DNA of 64,000 nt from Anthoceros angustus (lineage: Eukaryota; Plantae; Anthocerotophyta): assembly GCA_010909165.1 (NCBI GenBank), contig MU008174.1, forward strand, positions 930,001 to 994,000, given 5' to 3'. Under the pieces are notes generated by a model. That model searched no databases. It saw only the letters and a list, made by a program, of their open reading frames with translations, and was not told where the DNA came from. Shown in pieces: positions 1 through 12,230 of this stretch (its first letter is position 1; each line of letters begins with the position of its first letter). A program made the position numbers and the translations under genes.

Positions 1-110
1 CTAATTCCGAATGAGCTTGATGGAGTAATGGACCGTGTCCAAAATCTAGTAAGCTAGGAATAACCTAATTCCGAATGAGCTTGATGGAGTAATGGACCGT
101 GTCCAAAATC
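1..110. repeat. Direct repeat, about 46-bp unit at 64-bp spacing
   Basis: ctaattccgaatgagcttgatggagtaatggaccgtgtccaaaatc occurs at 1-46 and 65-110. Confidence 0.9.
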
Positions 111-854
111 CAGAAAAAAAGTGTAAATTGAAGATGCACTTAGCATAAGTGATTGGTTCTGAAAATATGGCTTGGTTCAGGGTTTAGAGTTCATGGATAT
201 ATTCCTAAACTCTAAACTCTGAAAATATGGTTCTGAAAAATCCATAGAATCATGCATTTTCGGTTGTGATCCTTTGTGGTTGTTTATTTGCTAAGGCATC
301 TTAAACAAGATTTGCTAAAGCACGACATTTTACTAATTGTCTGGGGATTCATTAGATTACATTCGGGTTAGAAAGAGGATTTGCTCGTCTCTGACACGTC
401 CTATGGCTGCATATTCAGGTGGTATGTGGCGCAACTACTGAGCCGAGTGCTCTTATAAAAAGCCGCGACAGTCAAGCCAGGCTCTTGCTAGGTAATGCTC
501 ACATCAGATCGCTCCTACTAGTGTGGTGGAGTATGACTTCGTCGAAGCCGAGAATATTAAGCATGTGCATAGTTTGTCGATATTGCCTCGTCCGAGAATT
601 CATGGCACAACCTAGGTGACACTTACACCCGAGGGCTTGGGGAGAGAATACCTTCAACAACATGAAGTAGATCCTGAGTATTAAGTGCAGTCTTCATCCA
701 CTTGTGCCAAACTTCAAATTCATGCACTTGGACAATTTGAACAAGTGGTCCAGTTGATTTGATCTTTCTCTTGAAAGTCGATATTAACATTCATCATATT
801 GATTATAGAAGCCCGGTGGTATTGATGGAGGTGGAAGAGGAGTTTAAGTACTAA

Positions 855-1049
855 AGTTAGAAGTGCAGACCGCGTTGGTTAGGGTTTGCTTAGCTTAACC
901 CAGCGTGGTCATACCCTTTGGTATCTGCTACTGAAGAGGTACAACTCTTCAGACATAGGCTATGAAAGCCTATCTCTTGTAATCAAACGTTGTCAATCAG
1001 TAAAGCACTAATCTTTGATCAAAACTCACTTCCACAAATACCTTTTACA
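855..1049 (+). repeat. Copia-1 5' LTR
   Basis: Ends ...ttttaca, followed 3 bp later by the PBS; homologous to 12231-12424. Confidence 0.9.
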
Positions 1050-1052
1050 ACT

Positions 1053-1064
1053 TGGTATCAGAGC
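1053..1064 (+). promoter_or_regulatory. Primer-binding site (tRNA-iMet) of Copia-1
   Basis: tggtatcagagc. Confidence 0.92.
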
Positions 1065-1359
1065 TCCTTGTTTCATAAGAAAAGGAAAAATGCACTACGA
1101 CATTGTTATTGTTGTGGTTATAGCTTACGCATTTCTTTGTAATGATAGATATACTTGTCCTTTAAAAATTATTAAATATATGGCTATATATTACACTAAC
1201 ATGTTTTTATCATTATAGCTTGAAATTGCTGTTTGTTCTAAATGGTTTGGTTATGCCTCCAACATCTCATATTCCTAGATAAATCTGGGTAGAACAATTC
1301 TTCTTAAGCTGCTAGGTATTCACTCTCTAGCACCTTTTTCATACTTCATTAGCAAGTCC

Positions 1360-1962
1360 TTGTCTTCTTATATTCTTCTTAATCCCTTGTTCACCTTATC
1401 TTCAATTATGGCTAGAAGACACAACAAGTCTTCCTCACATAGGAGATCACAAGATCGTCACCACAATGGTCGACATCATTCGTCTAGCAATTCTAGAAGA
1501 TCATCCACATCAAGGAATTATCAGCAACTAGGTCACATACTTGCTGGTGTCTTATCAATGTTCTTCAACAATCAACGAACAGAAAAAACAGCTTTGGACT
1601 CCTCCACCAATCCCTCTAGTTCAGAACATTATACTTATCATCCTCAAATACAATCCAACAAGCCTTGGTCGAGGAGCTCTAATTCTGATTTATTGAGGTA
1701 CTGTGGAGAGCACTTGAAGAGCACTAGTACTCGTCATCGAAACTCTCTTGTTTACACACCAGCTACGCCAGTTGCTTCTCATACCAGATCCTCGCCTTGC
1801 CGCAGTCATTCCAATGTTAGCAAAGCGTCTATGACTCACCAGAATCCAGCAAAGCAATGGTACTATGGAGATGGTAGTTTTGCTTCACCTCCTGCAAGAT
1901 CACTAACTGCCCCTTATCGTTCTTCCGAAGCCTTGGGGACCAAAGTTACATCAAATCATTAG
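1360..1962 (+). CDS. Hypothetical Ser/Arg/His-rich ORF in the 5' internal region of Copia-1 (not recognisably Gag)
   Basis: 200-codon ORF, probable ATG at 1408 (MARRHNKSSSHRRSQDRHH...); low complexity, no domain recognised. Confidence 0.3.
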   Translation: MSSYILLNPLFTLSSIMARRHNKSSSHRRSQDRHHNGRHHSSSNSRRSSTSRNYQQLGHILAGVLSMFFNNQRTEKTALDSSTNPSSSEHYTYHPQIQSNKPWSRSSNSDLLRYCGEHLKSTSTRHRNSLVYTPATPVASHTRSSPCRSHSNVSKASMTHQNPAKQWYYGDGSFASPPARSLTAPYRSSEALGTKVTSNH

Positions 1963-3189
1963 GGGGATAGAACTGAATCACTAGGAGCCTATGTATCTAT
2001 CAAGACCAACTCTAATGGCAATCCTCCTGCTCAAATTTCTCAGCATAACTCTCAAAATCTACAAGTTGACATTTGAGAGCTGCCCAATTCTTAGCTGATT
2101 TTCAGAGACAAAGACAACAACGGACCAGGGAGGTTTCAGCAAGCGTAGTGGTCCCTATTGACGCCCCATCTGCAACTTCCCCAACAACCTATTCCTCAGA
2201 AAATCTAGAGATTCCTGTAGGCGCTAAATCAATCAATTTCGCCTTCAGCTATATCGACCGGCTTGTCACCTTGGGAATCTGCAACCGCCTCCAAATCGAC
2301 CCCACGAGGTGATTGATTCATGCAACAGCTCCAAATCTCCGCCAGATGCGATTTCAGATCAAATTCATTTCGTGCACATTCAATTACTAGTCTTGTAGGC
2401 GCCGGCTTTGATCTCCAGGCAGCATCAACGCCCTCATCCGACGCTCCTATTGCACTTGGCGCGCCATCAATCTGACATCTGGGCCCCTAGATTGACGGAG
2501 GCGCATCTCCAGGGGCCTCGGATGGTTGCGCTTGGGCGAGGAACGCGCATGCCTGCGCCCAACCGACGCACCCCTCAAACGGTGCTCTAAAATGTTATTT
2601 TCGGGACTCGTTCGTGAAACGGTACCGTTTCGCAAACGGACGTGTTTCGAAACGCCGTTTCAAACGTTTCTCTCTCCAGTTGTGGATTGGCCCCTAAGGA
2701 TGCTGGTTGGGACCACCAGATACCTTTTGTACCAGCTGGTGTACCTCTTTAGCCATCGACTACACCTCTTTGGAGCTCCTCGACTCCTTATAAGTAGCCT
2801 CCAGCGGTCGACTTATCAACTATTCCAGTTTTCGCCATCAAGCAAGAGCAATTGTCACCTCCCCTTCAGCAAGACGTCCTTGCCACCCAGCATTACCTCT
2901 ACGAGCAGGCCGGAGCCACTGCACAGGAGCTATTTCAACTGGAGTGCAGCCACCTTTGGAAGCATTTCCATCAACTCTCGGCCTCTGTGACCTCTGCTAT
3001 CAACGCTATTCAGCGCCTTGCTTCTGTATTTTCACCGACTGACCGAGGCACCGTCCACTAGTCATCTGAACCATAATTCTTTGTATTCCCTTGTTATTAT
3101 TATTAATCAAGTTTATATCTTTTGAAGTTTCTCTCGACTCTGGGTCATAACTCATCGTTGGCAACTTCTTTTCGTGACTTGATTATATA

Positions 3190-4280
3190 TATCAGGAACT
3201 TAACTATCGCTAGTTCAAGGACTTTTGTCTTAAGAGGGGGATTCTTAATCAATCTACAGTTCCCTATACTTCTCAGCAAAATGGAGTTGCAGAAAAGGCC
3301 AATGGCGATTTGCTCACCATAGTCTGCGCTATGCTACCTCAACTCCCTACACCCTTCTGGGCCGAAGCGGTTAATACACGGCATATGTGAGCAACAGGGT
3401 CCTCTTCAAGTCAATTCCTGGCCGGACTCCCTTTGAGTGCTAGCATGGAAATAAGCCTCTTTTTACTAATCTTCGTATTTTTGGCTGCTCCGCCTATGCT
3501 CATATTCCTTCCCAGCTTCGCGACAAGCTCTCTGCCAGAGCTCGCAAGCTCGTGTTTGTTGGCTATGGCGAGGATCGTAAGGCTTACACATTAGTAGACT
3601 TGGATACCTACGCTATTCTATATGCTCGCACAGTCACCTTTGATGAGGCTCAGTTAGCACCTGGTCGTTCTGTGTCCGTGGACTCTGCTCCGGCTACACC
3701 AAACCATGTTGTTACTTCCGGCCTAGGTGACCTTATGCCTGAGTTCCTTCCTTAGCTCTCTGTTTTCCCGGACTCCAGTCTCTCCGCAGTTTCTGCACTT
3801 TCCCTGGCCTCTTCACCTCCAGCCGCTCCTATGCCTATAGTTTCTGCTCGAGAGGGGGAAGAAGAACAAGCCATGGTTGATCCTTTGGAAAACAAAAAAG
3901 ACCCAGACCTTGGCGCTCTTACTCCATAAGACCCAGACTTGATGCAGCTAAGTGGAAGCTGGCTATTGATGATGAATATAATTAATTCTCTTATCAAAAA
4001 CAATACTTGGACTCTAGTCAACTTGCCCAAAGGCAGAACCACTTTCAAATGCAAATGGGTTCTCAAAACTAAGTTCCAGGAGGTTAAACCTTGAATTCGC
4101 TATGAAGCGAGATTAGTGGCTGAAGGTTATATTCAGAAAGAGGGAGTAGAAGTCCTATCAGGGCGATAAGGTCTACTCACCTGTAGTTATGGTTGCTTCT
4201 GTGAGATCGCCCCTGGCTTTATATGCCGACCTTAACCTGGAAATATATCAACCTGACGTTTTGTACTGCTTTCCTTTATA
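3190..4280 (+). pseudogene. Copia-1 integrase core and 5' part of reverse transcriptase (frameshifted)
   Basis: FKDFCLKRGI..VPYTSQQNGVAEKAN, WAEAVNT, FVGYGEDRKAYTLVD, NNTWTLVNLPKGR..CKWVLKTK, RYEARLVAEGY, ending TAFL at the insertion point. Confidence 0.9.
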
Positions 4281-5677
4281 GGGTGTGAGCATGGTTAGGT
4301 GACCACTAATTTCGGAAACGGGCGAAACCGTCTCTAAGTGGTGTTTTGCATTACGTTCAGATTTCTTAACAATTGAAATTATGCCCATTTTGACCGATAT
4401 TTTTAGGGCTATTCGCTTTTAACTTCATAGATATATTTAATTTTTTATTTGGAAAATTGATTTATTTGATATATTATTGGTTTAAGTCTTGCTATATATG
4501 CTAGGGACAATTTATTATACAAACTCGTAAGTGACCGACGGGAAGCGAGGCGGAAACGAGCGGATGCTCGTTGACTTTTAAGGGTGATAATGAGGTTATC
4601 CACTTCCATCAGCCGTGCTCCTAATGTTGAGACTCACAAGCATTGGATTTGTGCATGCATCACGCTGGACTGCGAGCTCAACCTTGGACGGCAGGCTATG
4701 AGGACGGTTGTCAGCCATGTGGAGTCCCTACATGGGTTTTGCTAGAGCTATGTCGTGCGGGCAATAGGTGGTGTGACGGTGATTGTGCGCAGGTCGCTTG
4801 GGGTCGGAACCGCTTACTACCGGATTTGGTAGCTCGGTGGTGCAGTGGGCGGTGGCTTTGTGCGAGGCGTTTGGGTCCGTCGGCCGTGCGGCGGCGTGGC
4901 GTGGGCGTTGTGGTGCGGCGGCGTGGTGCGGCGGCGAACTCGAGGCAGCCACCGCTTGAGGTTTTCCTGGTGAGTCCCTATATGTCTTCGCTAGAGCTTT
5001 CTCATGCGGAATAGTAGGTGTGACGGCGGGCGGTGATTGTGCGCAGGTCGCTTGGGGTCGGAACCGCTTGTCGAAGTTTCTGGCCGGTTGGGAGCTCGGT
5101 GGTGCGAGCAATAGGCGGTGGGTTTGTGCGGAAGGCGTTTGGGTTCGCCGGCGTGCGGCGATCCGCCTTCACAGAGCGAGCGCGTAGTGCGCCAAACGGG
5201 AGTGGTGCGGACAAGGCACCGCTTGAGGTGAAGGACACCATGTCACTAGCAGTAGGGTGAAGGCTCGGCGTGTGGCGGAGCGCTGGCGATACTTCCGGTG
5301 GTGTGTCAAGCGCCTCTGTGCAAGCAAGATGGACAGAACGCTAGGCGCCAAGGCTAGGTTGGATAGAGCGCAAAGGTGTCTGGCTGCAAGGACACGACAT
5401 TCTGAAAAATTCGGGGAGCATTGGTGTTGGCACTACGGTGATATGGAATTGTCAACTACGGTGTGAATGTGAGATGTCTTTGAACTACAGTTGGACTAAA
5501 GGAGGCTATTGGAGGTGAAGATGAGATCAAGAGGCATTTTGGGGATGTCACTAATGGGAACGATGGATACCTCTTGGGGATCACCGACCTACTGTCTGAC
5601 ATAGAGTGGACGCATGTTGATAGTCTTGTTGAGAAGTATGGGCGGGCTCCACTGTTGCATCAAAGGGTGCCACGTTT

Positions 5678-6545
5678 GTGGCACTTGGGTTCCTAATCGA
5701 GAAGAAGCTTGGCAAGCGTGTGAATTGGTTTGAGTACTATTTAGCTGAGAAGAGGAAGCAGGATAAGGCGATGCGATGGAGAAGAAATCACAGTGTGGAA
5801 GTCCCATCTGCAGAGAATACAACGATTCTTCACAACTGTTGTGGTGGCGGTGATGATGCAGAGGCGGAGGTTGATGTGGAAGAGTGTTCCACTCTGTCGA
5901 GCGGGCAGAAGCGACCAGGCGATCCTCCCAAAGAATCTGGAGCTCTCGAGTTGGGAAGAGGAAGCCTGAAGGCCATGAAGAAGGACGGACCTCCGTGCAA
6001 AGAATGTAGAAGAGGAGGCGGCAAGAAGGGAGACGAGGAGTCTCCAATTGATTCTGCGGTGGCGGCGAGAAAAGTGACACCGGCCGCTCGTGTATTGAGC
6101 CATGGGCACCAAAGGTTGTCATGGATGAGGTCTGTGGAAAAATTCGTGCAGAGTTGGAAGCTTGTGCTGCGGAGGAGGCTGTTTTGTCAAAAGATGGGGA
6201 GGAGGCACTCTTGGATTTGGGCAACACCAAGGTCCAGCTTGCCGACATGGTCATGAATAGTGGAGGGCTTGACGACGAGAGTATTCGCGAGACTCTGTAC
6301 AGCATTCGAAATTCTGTGCTTGACAAAACTAAATATTCCGAGGGTGTTTCTGACCAGTTGAAGGAGAAAAAAACTGTGAGGAACAAGCTCCGGGACACCC
6401 TAGCTTCTCTTGAAAACATGAGGATGTTCTCCAGCGCGTTCAACAGCTAGGCACAGAACATGGATCACCTGCGTGGGTGTCGGCTCCCTGCCTCTCCCGC
6501 CAAGTCATGCCCCCGTCTGTAACGGCGTGTAGTGTTTGTACGCGG
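5678..6545 (+). pseudogene. Accessory ORF of the DNA transposon: basic/acidic N-terminus, coiled-coil-like segment, ends at CSVC plus a GTAAGT donor
   Basis: Overlapping ORFs 5678-6256 and 6121-6450 join by a frameshift; another frame continues ...PPSVTACSVCTR|gtaagt. Confidence 0.45.
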
Positions 6546-7017
6546 TAAGTGTGGATTCTTCTTGCACACGGGACGAGGTGTCCGCACTGATGTTTTCCTT
6601 ATGGTGATGTGCTGCACAGGGTTGGGTGCTCCTGGTGACGTTCACGGGATGGTGAGGTGGTGGTAGGGGTGCTCAAGGGGGTGGTGACTCATGTGTTCTC
6701 TGGTGGAAGGGTGGGTGATCACTTGGACGGGATGGTGAGGAATTGGTCTGTGTTCATATCGGGTGTCTGGTGAGCTTTTGGTGGCCTTGGTGATGTAGTG
6801 CATGGCTTGTGTGCAGGTTATGGCCTTCGTACTGTAGGGGTAGGTCGGTGGGCAGCTGGTGGCATTCGTGATGTAGTGGTAGGTTGGTGGGCAGGTGGTG
6901 GCCTCGGTGATGTCCTGGTTTCCTGGTGGATGGGTTGCTGGACTTGGTGATGTAGTGGTGGGGTGGCGGACAGGAGGTGGCCTTGGCACCACCTAGTCAT
7001 GTGGTGCCAAGGCCAAG

Positions 7018-7260
7018 GTGATCCCTTTCTCACGCAACCAGTGGTTTTCCTTCAAAGCTGCAAGCTTCTCGTGTGTCCTAAAGTGTAATGTGTGTCATGG
7101 CAGGTGGTACGCCTGTAACGAGATGGTCTTCACTCCATGTGGCCACTGCTTCCACGATATCTGTATCGGGCACTTGACAAACATTGTTGCTGCCCACGCC
7201 TGTGGTGCAATGATGTGCCCGCATCATGGTTGAGAGCGAAGGGTTGGTGATCAAAGCACC
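7018..7260 (+). pseudogene. RING-H2-like zinc finger fragment inside the DNA transposon
   Basis: KCNVC...TPCGHCFHDICI...ACGAMMC has C-x2-C, C-x-H-x2-H-x2-C and a variant C-x4-C; a frameshift continues into PASWLRAKGW. Confidence 0.65.
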
Positions 7261-7974
7261 GGAGAAGCTCCTTCCATGGGAGCAGGACCAGAGACACTTG
7301 GGAGAAAGAGTTCCTCGAGTGCATTGGAGACCCGCGACCATGACACCGATGGAAAGACATTGAGTCACAATCACCGGACAATTGGTTGGCCACACCCAGC
7401 AGCAAAAAAATCTTGGAGTCTCCAATATGTATGTTCCACAGTTCTCCAGTGTTTGTTGTCTTGTCCATTTTCGCTGTTGGAAGTCTGCCTGACTAAATTT
7501 TCTTGGAAGTCCGCTCGACTAAATTTTGTCATATACAAAGATCTCGAACTCGTCCAGGTGGTGCAATTATGCCAACTTGACGCCGATGTCAACATATTTC
7601 TCCCTGCACCGTGTAGCTGATGAATTTGCTGCTTGCAAGGCCCGAAGGGAGGCACATGAAGCCTACGTGAATTCCTTCGCACCCCAATGCCCGGAGGAAA
7701 AGCCTCGTGTTGTTCGCGCATGTTTGGGCAGCGATTACTCAGGTACAGTGGTGCTAGACTCACAAATTGAAGATGACGTTGTCCCCACAGCAGGCAGCCA
7801 CACGAGCAGCCCTCCGTTCCTGGACATAGCTCCTACTCCACCAAGGCGGCCGTACACAAGGTCCCCCCTGGGGTTGAAGTTGGTGAGGAATGCAGACGGC
7901 AAGTTGGCATGTGTGCGTGTTCCTCTGCAAGGACATCAGGTGTGGGTTTGTGAGGGCATTGCTTTGTTGAAACT

Positions 7975-10300
7975 AGACTTTGTTGAAACTAGCTTCTTCT
8001 CATGCCCATCTTGGTCAGAACCAACGACTTGGTATTGAAAACGGCGCCACCTGAGGACGGACTGAGGAAGCTTATCATTCGATGACTCGGCGGGCCAATT
8101 TGCCCCACCCAGCCGCCACAAGTGCCTCAAGAACATGCGAGGTTGTGCCATCCAAATATTGCCTCCTTCGCACACAAAGCAATTTCGACAACATCCTCGA
8201 CAGATACAACACATGTGTTGCACTACACTCTTGAACAAGCCGTCACCTTCTTGGGGAGCACATATGTCACATGGACTGACATTGACCTCTGGGATGCACA
8301 CTTGAAAGACAACCGCATAGCATTGAAAGCGCCCTTGAGAAAGGCCATTTCCACATGATACCCAAGAATAAGACAAGTTCCGCTCCCGCAGCTCTTCACA
8401 AAATACGGCTTCAATTTCTCAAAAGTTCGCTGCCCAATTGAAATGTCGATGTTTCGGAACCGCAGTAGAATTCGCACACATTAACAGCGATTTCATTACA
8501 ACATCCTCGACAGATACAACACATGTGTTGCTCGACTACACTCTTGAACAAGCTCACACCTTCTTGGGGAGCACATATGTCACATGGACTGACATTGACC
8601 TGGATGCACACTTGAAAGACAACCGCATAGCATTGAAAGCGCCCTTGAGAAAGGCCATTTCCACATGATACCTAAGAATAAAGACAAGTTCCGCTCGCAG
8701 CTCTTCACAAAATACGGCTTCAATTTCTCAAAAGTTCGCTGCCCAATTGAAATGTCGGGATGCTCTTCGAATCAGTAGAATTGCCTCGCACATCACGAAC
8801 AGATTTCATTACAACATCAGAACGGTGGTATCACCGATGGATGGCCAATATCAAAACGTGCAACACACTTCCAACGACGGACACGAGGTCACCAAGTGAT
8901 GCCAACTAAAATGGAACAACTCCAAAACATCACCAAACCGCATGTGATCACCATTCCATCATCCACAACACCAACACATCCACCACATCACTAAGGGCAA
9001 ACAGTAGCTCCACCTACTCCATGACATCACCAATCCGTCCACCTTATCACCATGCCATCATCCACATCACCAACGCATCAATCAACAAGATAGCAGACCA
9101 CCACATCACCACCGTCCCGCACATCATCCACGCGCCCACTAAAATCACCCAGCGACCACCCCAATACGCAAGCAACCACAACACCCCGTCCTCCCCACAC
9201 CAAACTGGGAACCCGCCTTGCCGCCCAAACATAACCAGTGCAGGAATCAACATCACCAATCAGCCCAAACCATCACAAGGCCATACAGGCATCACATAGC
9301 CCTTCCGCTCAACACCAACTGCCCACCCCATATCACCGGTCCCTAAATCACAACACCGATGCATACGAGAAGCCTACGTGAACACCCTTCGACCCCAATA
9401 CCATCATGCCCAAGAGTCAAACCACGAATTTGGAAGGTAGTGCTAACATATAACGACACCGTGAAGTACAAACAAGCATGGAAGGTGAGGGAGGCATGTA
9501 TGAAGGTTCGCACTCACAACACAAGCATGGAATCCATGATATTCATCTCACCGTGAAGTATCCAAGAAGTGGATGATGTGCTGGTCAAAAGTGTTTGGTC
9601 CGACGTAGGCGCTTGGTGTCCTTTGTGTTGGAGGAAGGTCGAGGCGAGCTCCTGCACTGCGTAACGCCGGCTTTCACATCATCCGAGATCACATCGACCT
9701 AAGCTTCCTTCCGACCCGCACCACATACCTTGGCCCCGACAATCCTTCCCACCCCGCACTCTGCAGATCGGATCCGCTCGACTCACACCAATGTGCTTGG
9801 CGAGGGAATCGATGGTCATCCGCATCCGGCGACAAAATGATATTCAGGCGTATTTACGGCTCGCGGTGATCGCCGACCAACATCCTTCAAATTCTTACAT
9901 GCAGTGCTCATATTCCTCATGAGAACAAGAACAACTCTTCATCTTTCCCGATCGATTGCGGGAGTCGAAAGTCCTTCAGAGGAAGCTCTTCAAAAGTACT
10001 ATAGATCTCACGGCGACATTGCACCGAGAACTCACTTGTCATCCGCAAGAATTGCTCCAAGCTCCCTTGCTAGTTGGCGGCGCGAGATTGTGCGGTGTAT
10101 CAACCCCAACGACCTTGAAATAACGCTGCTGCATCGCGCGGACACGCACTCGGCTTGTGGAGGTGGAGGTCGATGTTGCCGCCGCACTGCCTACTATGTC
10201 CACCGGTTCATTCCTCGCTTTGCGCTCTCGCAGCTCGCCAAAGCCCCGCCTCTCCGCAGACGCTTCCTCAAATACCGCTGCTGACTACAAGGAGAGCGGG
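7975..10300 (-). pseudogene. Transposase remnant (N-terminal and Cys-rich parts); catalytic C-terminus not found
   Basis: Minus strand fragments: DSLAKHIGVSRA; RKLRSDVISDDVKAGV; SNTKDTKRLRR..HFLDTS; HPDISIGQRTFEKLKPYFVKS..YHVEMAFLKGAFNAMR; LRWRRFQYQVVGSDQDGHEKKLV. About 8185-8495 is duplicated at about 8497-8815. Confidence 0.65.
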
Positions 10301-10795
10301 CCATCATGGGCGTAACCACCCCAATCGCTTGAGAAACTTCCACACACAAGTCGGCTATTCTCGCACAATCGGCGATACCGCACAATCCATGCCGGAAACC
10401 TTGCCACACAACGCATCGCGCGGACTTCGCCCGCCTCCTCTCCGTGCATTTGCACAGTGTGTGTATGTACGCTCCACACCGCAGAACAAGCTTTTCACAT
10501 CAATTCAAAGAACATATGCCATGAATGCATCCCAAAGCAAGACCCACCGTGTCCACAGTGACATCAACGGGATAGCGTATAATGGGCGAAGGAAGTCCGC
10601 TTTGGTTATGCACGATCGGTTCTTGCCTTCACAAGAGCAGGAAAACACGCTGGAGCACACATTTTTATGTTCCCGCGGAGGTTCCTTCCCGTGTGTAATT
10701 TTGAATTTCGGTGACACAGAGGCTGGTCCATGTGACCAAATGACACAACCAGTTTTTCTATGCTGCGTGCCACCAAAGCGTGCGGCAGCCCTATA

Positions 10796-11990
10796 GTCAT
10801 CTGGAAGAAGAGATCATCTATATGGATTAACCAGAAGACTATGAAGATAAGCAAAATCCAAACAAGGTGTGCAAACTTATTCGCTCTATTTACGGATTAA
10901 AGCAAAGTTCACGTTTATGGTATGAGAGAATGGACTCTTACCTCTAGAAGATAGGATTTATCCGAAGTGAAGCCGATACAAATATCTATGTACTGCGTAA
11001 AGGACAGCTCTCTTGTGCTGGTTGCATTATATGTTGATAGCTAGTTATTCTCGGCAATAATATTTCATGAACTAGTCAACAATATTAAAGCTGACCTTAG
11101 CAAAGAATTCGAGATGAAGGAATTCGGCAAAGTAGAATATATTCTTGGAATGCATGTACATAGAGATACCACTGGTGCTATTTATCTCCATCAAGGAAGT
11201 TATGTAGCTAGTATGATAAAACGATTCAATTTGGAGAATGCACAAGCGGCAGCCACACCTGGCGCCGTAGGTGTTAAGCTTTCTTTTGCTACCTGTCCAT
11301 AATCTGAACTGGAAAAGAAAGAGATGAAAAATATTCCGTATTGTATGGGAGTTGGTACTCTCACGTTCTTGAGTAATCAAACGAGACCATATATCTCAAA
11401 TACTGTAAATGTTGTTGCTCAGTTCTCAGGGAATCCAGGAAAGGATCATTGGGTTGCTCTTAAACTCATTATGCGGTATCTCAAGGGTATACCAAAATTA
11501 AGGCCTATGCTTCTAACCTAGCGAAAAGAAGCACCTGCTACTGACATGTTTTGTCGATCGCTTCAAATGCGATTTATCACGACACCGATTTAGTATCTCA
11601 ACATATTGCTTTCTTCGGCTCCATCAAGCAGTTAATCGTCTTGTAAAAACAAGCAACTATTTCCCTATCGTCAAGAGAATCGGAGTACAAAGAACTCACA
11701 GAAGCCACTAAGGAGGTTGAATGGGAAAGAAAGCTATGTGAAGATCTGAGTATGATGCAAGAAGGGCCAACAATGCTTAATTGTGACAATATATCAGCAA
11801 TTGCTCTTGTCGCTAAACCTGTCTTTCATATGCATGCACGCATGAAGCATATTGAGATCCAACATCATAATATTCGTGACGCTGCTAAGAGAGGAATTGT
11901 TAAGTACAATATGTACCAACAGGCAACAACACCGCAAATGTACTGACAAAATCCTTGCCAAAGTTCAAACACTGCTTCTACAGAGAAGGG
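10796..11990 (+). pseudogene. Copia-1 3' part of RT and RNase H
   Basis: HLEEEIIYMD, VCKLIRSIYGLKQSSRLWY, LYVD, MKEFGKVEYILGMHV, TRPYIS..VNVVAQFSGNPGKDHW, CDNISAIALVAKPVFH..MKHIEIQHH. Confidence 0.92.
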
Positions 11991-12230
11991 CTTGGATTGG
12001 TTGATTGTAGCAGCTTTATGAAGCAGGACAAGTCACTCATTTGGTGAGGCTTATCATTCAACAAGACATTCAGTTACTTGAAGTTGACAGCTGTTGCAGA
12101 TCGCTTGCTTCAACCTTACTTACAATCGGTGAAGATCGGTGAGCTGAGTTTAGTTAAAGATTGTAGCACTCATACAACAAGTGATTCATAGTTCTTAGAT
12201 TTTGATAACGCAACTACTCTGAGAGGGAGA

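Larger units (their letters stand above)
4281..10791 (-). mobile_element. Sola2-like DNA transposon, 6511 bp, inserted in Copia-1 RT
   Basis: Removing 4281-10791 and one TATA restores ttc ctt tat agt cat ctg gaa gaa (FLYSHLEE) in the RT. Termini are GGG...CCC with an imperfect TIR (14/23 matches). Transposase-like remnants lie on the minus strand. Superfamily assignment is from recalled motifs and termini only. Confidence 0.7.

Noticed and set aside
6642-6992. Thr/Pro/His-rich ORFs (also 9021-9299) as real proteins
   Set aside because: They arise from low-complexity catcacc repeats inside the transposon; no domain support.
4279-10793. hAT element (TAGGG...CCCTA termini)
   Set aside because: No 8-bp TSD, and the transposase fragments lack BED finger or hAT dimerisation motifs.
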